Source of the DNA: Vicugna vicugna
Taxonomy: Eukaryota
Length of the DNA: 64,000 nucleotides
Direction of reading: 5' to 3'
Assembly (NCBI GenBank): GCA_013265495.1
Contig: MU058718.1
Span: 186,001-250,000, forward strand
Both the position numbers and the translations under genes were made by a program. This document shows, one piece after another, positions 13,715 to 25,374 of the stretch (position 1 is its first letter; each line of letters opens with the position of its first letter). The notes below the pieces were generated by a model. The model saw only the letters and a list, made by a program, of their open reading frames with translations. It did not search any database and was not told the origin of the DNA.

Positions 13715-14730
13715 TAACATACTGAACATCTACTATTTGCTACTCAGCACCCAGCAAGCCCTGCATTTCACTTGGGAATCCACTCCTCTCCCATCATGCT
13801 GTTTGGGTAGCAACGACCCCACCCCCATCGCCAGAGGTAGGTCTAGACTGGCTAAACAAATTTGCATATCCTTATCTGGCCTTAGTGGTTGGTTCAGAAG
13901 CATCAATATAACATGAATTCAATGAAGTACAAGAAGCCATTTGCTGGGGCTTCTGGAGAAAGAAAACTCTTCTAGCAGTGGTTCTTAAGCTGAGGCCCAC
14001 AAATTCCCCTCCACCAAAGGGTTTGAGAACAGAATTTGGGGTTTCTATAAACTCATATGAGAGGAAAATTATCTTTACTTTCACTGATCTCCAACTGAAA
14101 TTTAGCATTTTCTTCTACTGTGAATTCAGTCAACAGACCGCAATATTATCAACATCTGTCACTGCCACTAGTAGAAATCGTAAGTATTTTCCTATCACAC
14201 AATCACAGGTGTCACCCCCAAATGGTGATAATGCTCATCACTACTTGGAAATTTTTAGACCCACACTAAATCTTGTTATTTAACTATGAGGCACATACTG
14301 TGATCTCACAATTTTTTAAAAATATTTCATTAACTATTTTAATATAACTGGCAGTCATCTTTGTATTCTATGTAGTCTTATGTAATTCAAAAATGTTACT
14401 CAGAAAAGGGATCCTACAGGCTTCAGACTGCCAAAGGGGTCTATGGAGCAAAACTGGTCAAGAGCCCTGCCCTACAGATTCTGCAGAAGCACTCTCCTTC
14501 CCCTTCTCTGGACTTGATAACATGAGGATGTAGTGCTCGAGCTGCTGACAAACACACTGTGACCACAAAGGGACCAACACCATGGAAACAGAGCTCATTA
14601 AAGAAAGGAAATAAGAGAAAGATGAGGTTCTGAAGACAGAAGTAAAAGTGGATCAAGTTTCACCTTTGGTCTTTTCAATATTGCAAGTCAATAAATTTAA
14701 GCGGGTTTTCTGTTATACTCACAACATTAA
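13715..14730 (+). mobile_element. MLT1 LTR interrupted by a hAT element
   Basis: MLT1 motifs occur on both sides of 13976-14469 (gggaatccactcctctccc, tttgctggggcttctggagaaag, gagctgctg). Confidence 0.6.
13976..14469. mobile_element. hAT-Charlie non-autonomous transposon (Charlie4a-like)
   Basis: TIRs cagtggttcttaa / tcaagagccctg, with internal aactgaaatttagcatt and cagactgccaaaggggtc.atgg. Confidence 0.8.
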
Positions 14731-14914
14731 ACGGTATAGTTAATTTCAACAGTTTCTATCTCAGGAAACCAGAACAATATCCACCTTTTTGCATAACAGC
14801 AAAATTACAAAAGGCTTAACTCTGCTACCACGAGGGAATCTGCTACCATGAGGGAAATACCTGGGGAAAGTGAATTTAGTTTTTCACAAACTGAGTGTGC
14901 TGAAGACTCACTCA

Positions 14915-15320
14915 ATGCTCACTCCAATCTATTATCACATGGACTTTTTGTTTTACAGACGCTGGACAACTAAAAACTGTATTTTCCGGATGCCCTTGAA
15001 GCTAAGGTTTCACAAAAGACCTAAGTGTGGCCAAGCAGACCACGTTCAATATGGATGGCAGAAAGCAACATGTAATGATGATTCTGCCCAAGGAAGTTAA
15101 CACTTCTATTAGCTTTCTCATTCAACAATATGGCCCGTAACGGCAGTGGCTCCCTTCACAGGCAAGTTCTACAGTGTCAGTGTGGGGTTTGTTCCTAGAA
15201 GCTCAGTCTAATCTGTTTACTAGTCAGCCCACTCCACATTTACTTATCTTCTTCTTAGTAAATTTCCATTGCTACAACTACTCAGAGCAAAGGTTCTTGC
15301 TATAAATGCTTGAACAATAA
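14915..15320 (+). mobile_element. ERVL-type LTR fragment
   Basis: The motif ctggacaactaaaaact..tttcc..cccttgaagctaaggtt is typical of old ERVL LTRs. Confidence 0.55.
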
Positions 15321-15496
15321 GTACAAAGTAAACAGGGATACACAAAAAGCAGCATTCTATTAGAAACCTAAGAATAGTTAACAGCTTATGGATACAGATA
15401 TAGGCTTGATTTGGAAAGCATTTTAATTGAGAAGCCCTAAGAGCTAAGAGCCAGATTATAAGGAGTACAATAAAGAGCCAAGAATAGAGCTTCAGA

Positions 15497-15760
15497 CAGA
15501 CTTACAGATAATAGAGAACAAACTAGTGACTACCAGTGGGGAGAGGAAAGGGGGGAGGGGCAATATAGGAGCAGGGATGTAACAGATACAAACTATTAGG
15601 TACAAACTAAGCTACAAGGATATACTGTACAACACAGAGCATATAGCCAAAATTTTATAATAACTATAAATGGAGTATAACCTTTAAAAATTGTGACTCA
15701 CTATACTGTACACCTATAACTTATACTGTACAGCATCTACATTTCAATTGAGGAAAGAAA
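15497..15760 (+). mobile_element. 5'-truncated L1 3' UTR
   Basis: gagaacaaactagtg..taccagtgggga..ctacaaggatatactgtacaacacag, with TSD agaatagagcttcaga / agaacagagctttaga (15481-15496 and 15761-15776). Confidence 0.9.
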
Positions 15761-16344
15761 AGAACAGAGCTTTAGATAGTATGGATCTGGAAGAGACAGA
15801 ATGCCCAGCAAAGCTGACAAATCAGAAAAAAACAGAGATAGGTAAAGAACCAAAAGAAGAGAGAATTCAAAAAATGAAGACATCTTCTACGTAACTAAAT
15901 ATCAAAGATGACAAATGGGACAAGAATCTACCTAAAAGATCTGTTTTTCACATTACTTCCTTTCTCAGATTGTCATTGGATAAAAAATGATGCTCAAACT
16001 CCCTCCTTGTCTGCTACTATTCCTTTGGACATAACTTTTAATCAGTCTATTTTTGAAAAAAACCTCTTCTCTGGATCCTAAAATAAAGGCCTAATCCAAA
16101 ACCCATACCTAGGAAGCTTTCTCTGACAGTCCTACTTGCCTCTTCTGAATTCATTAACATTTATTTATCAGACAACCAAAGTAACTAAAATCCAAAACTA
16201 AATTACAAGCTTAAAGAGAGCAGGGGCTTCATTTTTTTATATTCTTAAAACCTAGTGTGATGCCACTCAAATGTGCTGCTAATAGGCCGTTCAAATAAGT
16301 AGTTTCAAAAGGGTGGAAGTAAGACTGCAGGAGATTAAAAAGTT

Positions 16345-16760
16345 AATTAAATTGACTTGGAAGGTGCACAAAGAAACCTTCTGTAGGGATGGTAATACCC
16401 TATATCTTGACAGGGTTATGGGTTACATGGATTTATGAACTTGTCCAAACTACAGGAATGGTATACATGAGATCTGTACATTTTGCTGTACATAAATGTT
16501 ACCTAACAAACAAGTTAACAAACAGTTCATGATAGGCATGCTCAAGTGGTACAGTAAACTATAGTTACTTCAAAATACTACCAAAATGTAAGAAGGACTG
16601 ATGAATGTATAAAGGGAGACAGTAGGATGGAGGACTAAAAGGATAAGTAAATACAGCAAATAAGAATTACAGAAGCTAGGTTGTGGATATTTAGGTATTC
16701 AATGTACAAACAATTCTTACAACTTCTCTGAAATTTTTCATAATAAAATGTTAGAGGGAA
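16345..16760 (+). mobile_element. L1MC-type 3' end
   Basis: gcacaaagaaaccttctg..gatggtaa..ctatatcttga..ggttacatgg and aatttttcataataaaatgtt. Confidence 0.75.
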
Positions 16761-19700
16761 AAAAAACAGTGGGAATGAGGTTGTGAGAGGCTCACAGTAT
16801 TTCAGAAGTTTGTCAATTAACAAAAAGGACTAACCTTACAGACAAAAAGGAAGGTATATAAATGCCTCTGAGAGCAAGATGTCTGGACTGTCCCTCTTCC
16901 CTCTACCTCTAATCCTAGACTGCCTACACAGACTAGTTCTGGCCTTCAGTGCTCCTTCTTGCCTGAAAGAAAATGCTTACTCACTAAACTCCTTTCATTC
17001 CAAGACAATCTAAACATGTGAAGCCTAACCTTTTGTCTGTCTTGGGCTATGATAATCTGTTCCTCATTTTTTTTGCCTGAGTTTCTAACACCTCCTTGAC
17101 TGACCTTTAGATGAAACCTCTGGCCAATCTGGCACAACATAAATGATTCAACCTTTTGATCCAATTCTTGCCCTTCAGACCTATGGCCCTCCAAGGCAAG
17201 AGAATGGAGAATGTCAAAACAAAGGTCAAGGATTCTTGTAACAAGGGTAATTCATTTGTGTCAGTTCCTGGCTGAGGACCTAGCATAGAGGTAATCAAAA
17301 AATGTTTGTTGGATAAATAAAATCCATGCCTGATAATAACATAATACATTAAAAAAGCACTCAGTTTCACATTTATACCTACATTATGCTGAGGGTTGAA
17401 AATGTGTGTGCTAGGTTTCTGAAGCTGAACATTTAAAAAGGGAAGATCTGGATCCTTTCTGTGAAGAACTCACTAGAAGATGGGGTTGGAAACGAAAGGC
17501 TGATAAATTCTTTCAAAAGACATTAAAAAACACATTTTAATTTTTAATGCTTTTCCTAGATAATACAGTATGTTCTTCAGCTTCAAAGTACCATAAATAT
17601 GAACTAAAGAGGACAAGATAAATTATGCAAAGATAAGAATTGACAGGAATTCAATTTCCAGATGACCTAAATGCATTTGGAGTTAATCTGCTCTTTTGTT
17701 ATTGTTGCTTCCAAAGGACTGCAGATTATGCACTTGCTGAATTTTGCCTTTGTCACACATGACCTAACAAGGAAGGCATTCATTATACCATAGTAGCTCC
17801 TCTCAAGTATCTGGTTCTAAACAGCTGCAAATTTGGGAAGGTAACACTGAATGATGTCTCTAACCATTAGTATGCTCTTTCCCCAACAAATATGAAAACA
17901 AAATTGGGTTTACTAGAATATCAAAACTGTGCAAATTAAACTTAGAAAATAAAGTAGAAAATGTGTATAAGAATTCAAATTCTACATGTTATGTTAACAG
18001 AATTGATCCAATAAACATCCTAAAGAATTTCTAAAATACAGCACTTCCATTGTTCATACCTGCTTTTATCTTTCGGAAAGACGCTATATCACTAATGACT
18101 GGTTGATTTAGTCCCTTCAAATGTTGTAACTGGATAAAATGACAAAATATTTCAAAATAATCATCCAATCTCAAATAAATTTCCATTTATAAGAAGTGTA
18201 AAAGCTGCTTCCCAGGCCCAAAACTGCAAGGCCTGGGTGAAAAATATCCTGCCAATAGTAGAAACAAACTGTAAAAATGTTTCAGAGTGTTATGGCTTGT
18301 TAGTTATACAGCTACACACAAAAGCTGGGTTTTTTTATACCTGTCATTGTCCCTCAGAATACATGACACATCAGAATACACAACATTTATTCTCAGTGTA
18401 TTGACTCTTTTTCCTTAAAAAATTTCATAACTGCTAAACAGAATAGAGGAGAAAAATGTATTACTAAGGAGGAGCTATTTTATTATCACCATTTATATGT
18501 TTTTTAACTCACATGTAGTTTGACTTTCACCCCTTTCCACTTACACAAGTACATTTAATTTACATAGAACCACTGTAGCCTCCCCTAGAAAGGCTCCTTG
18601 GAAAAGATACATGCAAGTGTCCTCTGTGTAGCTCCTTCTAGTTCATTGCATAATACCTTGCTATGATCCTTTCATTTTAAAGAGTACATTAACACTCTGA
18701 GTATCAGCAATTTCATGTTAATTTGGTACTTATCAGTCTTGCGAATCCAAAAACCCAGATTTTGTCTTTAGAGCCTTCAACCAACATGGTCAACACACAA
18801 TTCCTACATTCTTAAAAGAAATATATACATATACATACACACATATATATATAGACAAACACACACACACACTTTTCAGTAGTACATGCAATACTGTCAA
18901 ATTTCCAAAGTATGGTGAGAATCAAAATGAGATTTACAGGAATGCCCTGTTTTGTGAACTTCCAGTCAAATCTAATAGTAATTAACAAGGGTAAATGTTT
19001 GCTTTCATTTCCTATGTTAATGGGTATAGCAAAATCCAGAGAGACAACACCTTATCAATCACCTTTAAAGAGCAAATGAGAGAAGGAAGTATTAAAAACA
19101 AAAAATCCTAACATTTACAAGTCAAGGTCAGTGGGGACTTTTGAGAGCTCCTATCCAAGCTTCCTGCTAAAGACACTAAATTGTAATTATGCTTCCATTT
19201 TAAGCCATCTACCTTTCAAATTAGATTCTACTTAAGTGATTTTATAGAGAGGAAGAAATGAGCAAGTTTTTTGCTATAATACTTGAAGAGTCAGTAATGG
19301 CAGATGAGTAGCTTCTCTTCTGGCCTGATCACTTTTGAAAGCTTTAGAGAAAAGCAATATTCATAGACAAAACTTTTTTTTTTTCCAATTCTGCAGTTTC
19401 ATATTTGAAAGCACTACAGAATTTTAGTTACTTGTCCAGGCAAGCAGTCCTGAGATATGTTATACTGTTATAGCCCAGACTTAGTAGGAAAGCAAGAAAA
19501 AGGCTTGTTGCTGAGCCATAACCGTAGGAAACCCTCAATTATCGAGGGCACAAAGACAACCCGGATAAATTAAATCCTCACTTGTTATCATTTAAGAATA
19601 ATACTGGATTAATCCAGACCTCCCCCTTCCCACTTTAAAACAGAAAACGTTGATGTAAGACTCCCTCTCTCCCTTTTCCAGGCCACTCTCTAACAAAAAT

Positions 19701-20116
19701 GCGGACAGGCAGACAGATGATCTTAAAACTGCCTAGCAAAAAAGACAAGATAAACAACTATCAGCAGTCAAATTGGTTCATCTGTTCAGCAATTCCGATC
19801 ACAAACATCAAACCACGAGTTTAGCTTCCTGAAAAGCATAAACACCCAACCAACCCCCCCCCAAAAACCCTCCTGATTTAGATTTTTCTAGATCAAATGA
19901 GTCTCATATTGAACTGTACTAACAATGCTTGTTTGAAATAAAGTTGAAGAACCTGACAACTACTACTATAAGAAAATTATAAAATGCTGATATCGAACAA
20001 CTTTCGATTCAAATCCGCTCCGATTCCAGACGTTGATAGAAGACTGAACTTCCTTTTTCTCCCTTCCTGGTCCTCCCGGCCCTTCCGCGCGCCAAGGTCC
20101 CCGCCCGGGCCTGCAG

Positions 20117-20185
20117 TGACATCATAACCCATCTCTTGGAAACCACTGACGTCACAGACACGCGGACCCCAGCACCATGACTTCA
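20117..20185. promoter_or_regulatory. Cluster of three CRE/ATF-like octamers
   Basis: TGACATCA at 20117-20124, TGACGTCA at 20147-20154 and TGACTTCA at 20178-20185. Confidence 0.7.
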
Positions 20186-20741
20186 TCGCGGACTAAGGGG
20201 TAACCGCAGTCGACCTGCGCCAGCCCGGAGGCTAGAGAAGCTCCCGAACCCCCGTCCTGCCCGGTCCCCGAAGAAGGTTAAGGACGGGCGCCAGCTCACC
20301 TGCGCTGGGGAAGGGAAGGACAGAGTGGCCGAGCCCGGGCGGGCGCGACCAGGCGAGGCGGCCCCCACCCAGGGACCGACTTCCTCACCGGCCGCGGGTC
20401 CTGAGGGTGGGAGAGCCGGTCCGGTGCCTCCTCACGGCCTATCCGGGATCTCCTCAGCTTCAGCCCTGACCCGGCACCCGCTCCCGCCCCTCTGTGCCCC
20501 GCGGGGGCGCTCAGCGCCCGGCCCGTGTGCAGGCAGAGGCAGCCCCCAGGAAAGGTACGGGCCGCCAGGTCTCTGCCCCAGACCGAGCCCTGGACCCGCG
20601 GGCGGCACCCCCGCCCCCACCCGCCCCGCGCCCCGAGAGCGCAGGCGGGCGGCGGGAGGGGGCGGGGAGCGGCCACGGTGGCCGCCGCCGGACCCCGACT
20701 GCGCTGCTCTCGCGCCACGCCCCACCCAGGCCCGGACCCAC

Positions 20742-20880
20742 CTGCGCTCCTGCCCCGGCCGGGGCCTGGCCCGGGCTGCACACCCCAATACAGCGGCGGC
20801 GTCAGGAGGCCTGGCTCGCTCCCCACTGCTAAAGCAGACCGAGCGCCCTGCGCGGCGCGGCTGAGCCCAACGCTCGCCCC
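20742..20880 (-). other. Putative first exon (probably 5' UTR) of an unidentified minus-strand gene
   Basis: It lies just downstream, in the minus sense, of the CRE/CCAAT module and ends at donor CAG|GTGGGT (GT at 20741-20740). The TSS position is a guess. Gene identity not recognised. Confidence 0.55.
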
Positions 20881-20905
20881 GAAACCCATTTGTTTGGCTC
20901 AAACG

Positions 20906-20952
20906 GCGTGACGTCACGCGCCGGCCCAATCGACGGTTGGCCAGGGGAGGGG
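20906..20952. promoter_or_regulatory. Proximal promoter module: CRE + CCAAT + Sp/KLF box
   Basis: GCGTGACGTCACGC is a 14-bp perfect palindrome with core TGACGTCA at 20909-20916. CCAAT lies at 20926-20930 and GGGGAGGGG at 20944-20952. Confidence 0.85.
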
Positions 20953-22758
20953 CCGCAGAGCCAGTGGGTTGCAGCGCCCCCTGCCGGGCTTCTGCGGCAC
21001 TTCGGACGCTGGGGACGGGAAGAGTGGGGGACTTAAAAAGCGAAAACCGGGTGAGGCATCTTCGGGCCCCCAAGTGGTGAAGAGTGAAAGCTCCAGCTTG
21101 ACCTGTAGAGAAAGGAATCAACCCTTCGGGCTAGCCAGAATGGTATCAACGCCAGTAGTTCAGTCAAGAGACACGACGAATCTATTAATACTTACAGGTG
21201 GATGTGGAGCTATAAATGGTATTAGATTACTGTTAGATAATCTAGTAGACTTGGGTTCAAATGTTGGTTCTGCTACTGTCTTGGAAGGCTGGGCTTCAGA
21301 GTTCTCATTTGTCAAATGAAGGGGTTGAGAGAGTCCCTTCTGCAGCTCTTGCCTATGCAAATCATGGCAGGAATACCTACCAGCAAGTTGCTAAACTTTG
21401 AGATTGACAGTCTCAAAATGTGATCTTTAGAAGCTTAAGGGATTGTACATGATGACTATAAAAGAGGTTTTTAATACTTTATGAATTTAATACTTTGAAA
21501 TCGGAGTGCCAGTGAGGAACCTTTTATTCTCAGCCTTTAAAATGATAATTGCTTTCATTGTAAAAATAAGTTTAACCATATCATAAAACATGAGGACAAC
21601 AAAGAAAAAAAATCCTCACCCTAATACAGCCACTCAACATTCAGCATATTTGAGACCTTTTGTTCCACCCATATTTATTTCACAATGTTGTGATCATAAT
21701 GTGGACACAGTTTTGGACCCTAGTGGCTGTGTTTTTTTGTTTGCTTTTTTTTTTTACACCTATAACTTTTTCATATTTCTACATAAGCTTCATAAACACT
21801 TTAACAACTGCATAAAATTATGTCAAGTGGGCATACAAAATTTACCAAATTCTTTATTATTGGACATAACTTATTTCCTTCTTTTTATGCCATTATAAAG
21901 AAATCATGGGGCATTTTCTTGAATGTAGTTTTAAACATAAATGCCCAGAAATGGAATTTCTAGGTGAAGGAGTATCAGAGCTTGTATAGTTACTAATACA
22001 AATTGCCAAAATGCTTTTTAAAAGGTCTTGCTAAGTTTCATCTAAATCAGCAGCTTTGATTTTAGCCAACCCTTTAAAAAAAATCATTTTGCCCAATTAT
22101 AAAACTACTCTTGTAAATTTATATTATAAAAATCTTAAATATCAAAAAGTGAAAAAAAAAAGAAAAAAGAGAAATATTTCCCATGATATTACCACCAAGA
22201 AATAATCACTTAATACCTCATCTAGGCCTTTACCTATATAGATATTTTTAATAAAAATTGGAGAGGGGGTCCTATTGTACGTATTAGAATCAAATTGTAT
22301 GTCTGGTCAATATTAGCTCAATATATCATTGGAAACTTCTTTACATCATATTTGACTAAAAGTTCAGTCCATCCTTTCAGGTTCATCTCAAACACTGTCC
22401 TCAAAACCTCTGGATTATTTAGAGGAATATGGCCCTTACTCCACAGACATCTTCCATTTGTGTATTTAATACCCTCTGCTAGAGTCTAAACTGCTGGAGG
22501 ACAAGGATTATACCCTAGTATCCACTGCAGAGGATTTTGCACTTGATATTGCTTAAATGTTTAATGAATAATAATAACCATGTCAGTGATCTGCATTTTC
22601 TCATGACAGTAGATGAATATGATCTCCATTTTATAATGTTCACTGTAGTTCCTCAATATCCAACATTTATTGCATTTATAATGTATGATCCAGACTCTAT
22701 GTTAACTTTTATATACATTGTTTCATTTAATCAGGAAAACATCTCTATGAGGTAGGTA

Positions 22759-22882
22759 CAGTTGGCTTTTCATATCCACAGAATGTACCTTGCCATTTTA
22801 TATAGGGTACTTGAGCATCCCCAGATCTTGGTATCCACCAGGGGTCCTGGAACCAATTTCCCACAGATACTGATGGACAACT
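22759..22882. mobile_element. Tigger-derived MER2-like element inside a MIR (about 22660-23270, minus strand)
   Basis: ta|cagttgg...acttgagcatcc..ttggtatcc..ggggtcctggaaccaat..ggacaact with flanking TA. Confidence 0.8.
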
Positions 22883-23416
22883 ATATAATGTTTTAAAATT
22901 CAGTATTCATCAAAGTGTACTTTAGGTATGATACTGTTTCTCAAGAGAAATGAGGATAGTTTATGGATTAATCATGCAGAATAAAAAATGTACTGTGCCT
23001 TGCCTCTCTGGTTTAAAATGTATAAACTTAAAGCTAAGTATACCTAATAAAAGCTTATGAACATTATTCAGTTTAATCAAAATATAATATTAAAGTTTCC
23101 ATATAAAATTCTGCACGGTATGTATGGGATATATGTATATATATATATATGGAATATAAAATTTCCATACAGATGAGGAAACCCAGTCTTGAAGAGTTAA
23201 ACTATTTGAGCAAGATTGAACAGGTAGTACAGAGCCAAACTTAGCAGACCCCAGAGCTCTTACCACATCACTCATTGTATTGTTACTGGGAATTTCAGAT
23301 GGGTTAAAGGCATTGAAACGACAAAACAACACAAATATCAAACTGAAATGACAATGGTTTCCATGTGGCTAGCACATCTTGATTGTCAAAGTCCCACTAG
23401 TGTGTGTGGTCTAATG

Positions 23417-23717
23417 CAGTGTTTCTCAAACTGTCTCTGGTTAAGGACCAGTTGGAATTCTTTGTTTTAGTATTTAATACATTGTGAACTGATAATTTTG
23501 TGAAATATAGTAAAACTGAATAAAACTAGTAGAAATATGAAGTTAATGTTTTTAAAAGACAAAATAAAAGACCAAATTCTTGATTATTAGACTCAGCACA
23601 CAAAAAATTACTCTGTCAAATTGCTAGTAAAGTTTCTGAAACTCCTCCCCTCAATTTCTGTTCTTATCATGGACTGGTTCTAAAGCAGGCCAGTGGGCCA
23701 CACTTTGAATAGCACTG
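23417..23717. mobile_element. hAT-Charlie non-autonomous transposon
   Basis: TIRs cagtgtttctcaaa / tttgaatagcactg, with degenerate 8-bp TSD gtctaatg / gtctagga. Confidence 0.8.
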
Positions 23718-24390
23718 GTCTAGGAGAAAGATCAGACTAGGAGGCAGTGAAATCACTTGAGCAAGTCCTTCCTTGGATTCTATTTCTCCATTTGTGCAAT
23801 GGGAACAATCCTTGAAACAAGCCAGGAGAGCCTGTGCAGTGCCTCAGACCACAGGCCCCAGGAGAGAGCTCCAGGGTGGGGGTGGGCGTGGTTGTGAAAC
23901 AGTGAGGTCATGGGACTGATAAGGTGCTGACTGAACAGATGAAATTGGCAGGGCAGCAGAGACGATCTAAGTACATATAGTACATAACTGGTTATTCCAT
24001 CAATGACTGGAACTTGGTCAACTCAAACCAGCCAACATCGTATTATATTGAAACCCAGTGCAATGGGCTTGTTTGTATTACACTTGGACTCTCCACTTAG
24101 GAAAAAAAAAAACCAAAAAACTAAGAACCTACCACTTAACTGCTGGTAAGAAGAGGTGGGCCCCACCAGGCTTTGCCCCTAGGCTGCTCCTTACCGCAGA
24201 ACTAGGCTCCTGGGTGTGATTATGCCTCTCCCTACCTTACTAACACTATTATTATGAATCTCAAATAAAAAAGTGAAAGTACTTTGAAAATGTTAAAGTT
24301 TATATTGCATATTTGAAAGTTGCTAAGAAAAAAAAAAGTTAATTTTACAAAGTTTAAGGTAATCACTTTACACCTGGAATCTAGTCTCTC

Positions 24391-24978
24391 TAAAGCAGAG
24401 CAGGACCCTGCGTGGCCCTCCCAGGGACAAATCCTTTCTACGTCCTCTTTTTCTTGTTTGTGGGAGGTAGGTTTGATTCAGCCTCCTGGAGCTTCTCTGA
24501 GTTCCAAAGGGCAGATTCAAACAGTTGCTTATCAGGGACGGGAGGGAATGCAGAAACAAAGGAAGAACAGTCAAGAAACTATAGTGCAGTCATTGGGTAG
24601 GGTCTGGGTTCCTCCTCAAGAAATATATGTAGCAATTTCTTTCGGTTCTTCTGTAGGAACTTATGCCCCAACCCAGGTGGAGAATGGTAACTTCAGGCTG
24701 AGCGCAAGATTCCTGGAACATCACCCTGTTACCACCAACCAATCAGAAGAAAGTCTGCACACAGTGGAAGATAACAAAGACTCTGGCCCGTTTCCCAAAT
24801 GGAGAGTCTCCCTTTAAAAACTTTCATGAACAAGCAGAATCTTCGGAGTCGGTTTTTGGACAGAAGTCCACCTTTTCCCCAGGTCCCAGCCTCCTGAATA
24901 AAGCAATCTTTCCTACCAGCAATGTCTTTTGAGTATTGGCTTTCGAGCAGCAAGCAGCCAAAACTGGGTTGGGTAACA
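24391..24978 (+). mobile_element. ERV1-type solo LTR
   Basis: CCAATCAG (about 24739), TATA-like TTTAAAAA (about 24813) and AATAAA (about 24898). It ends GGTAACA, has a 4-bp TCTC on both flanks and is followed by L2 (about 24985-25175). Confidence 0.85.
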
Positions 24979-25374
24979 TCTCCCAAATTACCCTCTTTCA
25001 TATAATTGTATCACAAAACTTCATAACACTAATTACAGTAGTTGTTTATTATAATCCCTCCATAGAGGGACAGCTTCAAGAGAGGAGGGGAGACAGTTTT
25101 ATTCATTGCTCTAGCCCAATGCCAAGTCCAGTGCCTGAGACTTAAAAGGTACTCAATAAGTAATACTTGAGTGATTTCTTTTTAAATACTAGAAAGATTT
25201 TTCTACAAGGAGAGCAGTTAATTCTGCAGTTATGTGAGGTGGAAGAAGTTTCTGAAGGGAGGCAGAAAAAAATAAAGGGATCTTCCTCCCCCTAGAAGAA
25301 TCTCCCAAGTGGGATTTTCCCTAGGAAATGTTCTCTCCACAGCTAGTGGAATAAGATGGGAAGTGATGGTCCAG

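Larger units (their letters stand above)
1..20299 (-). other. Putative large first intron of the minus-strand gene
   Basis: The plus strand is visibly A-rich (T-rich sense strand). Recognisable L1s and LTRs here are almost all antisense to the inferred transcript, and no clear internal exon was seen. Confidence 0.55.
20050..21080. promoter_or_regulatory. CpG island / promoter
   Basis: About 1 kb of very GC-rich, CpG-dense sequence in an otherwise AT-rich, CpG-depleted window. It contains CRE, CCAAT and GC boxes and splice donors. Confidence 0.95.

Noticed and set aside
20183..21121. Overlapping long ORFs (up to 229 aa) on both strands
   Set aside because: These are low-complexity G/A/P/R translations expected from stop-poor CpG-island DNA. 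No recognisable domain, and they cross probable splice donors.
20969..21319. 116-aa ORF next to the promoter
   Set aside because: It starts at a non-ATG codon and its 3' part runs through a MIR-like relic (about 21240-21355). No homology recognised.
24320..24817. 165-aa ORF
   Set aside because: It lies almost wholly within a solo LTR, has a non-ATG start and shows no gag/pol/env motifs.
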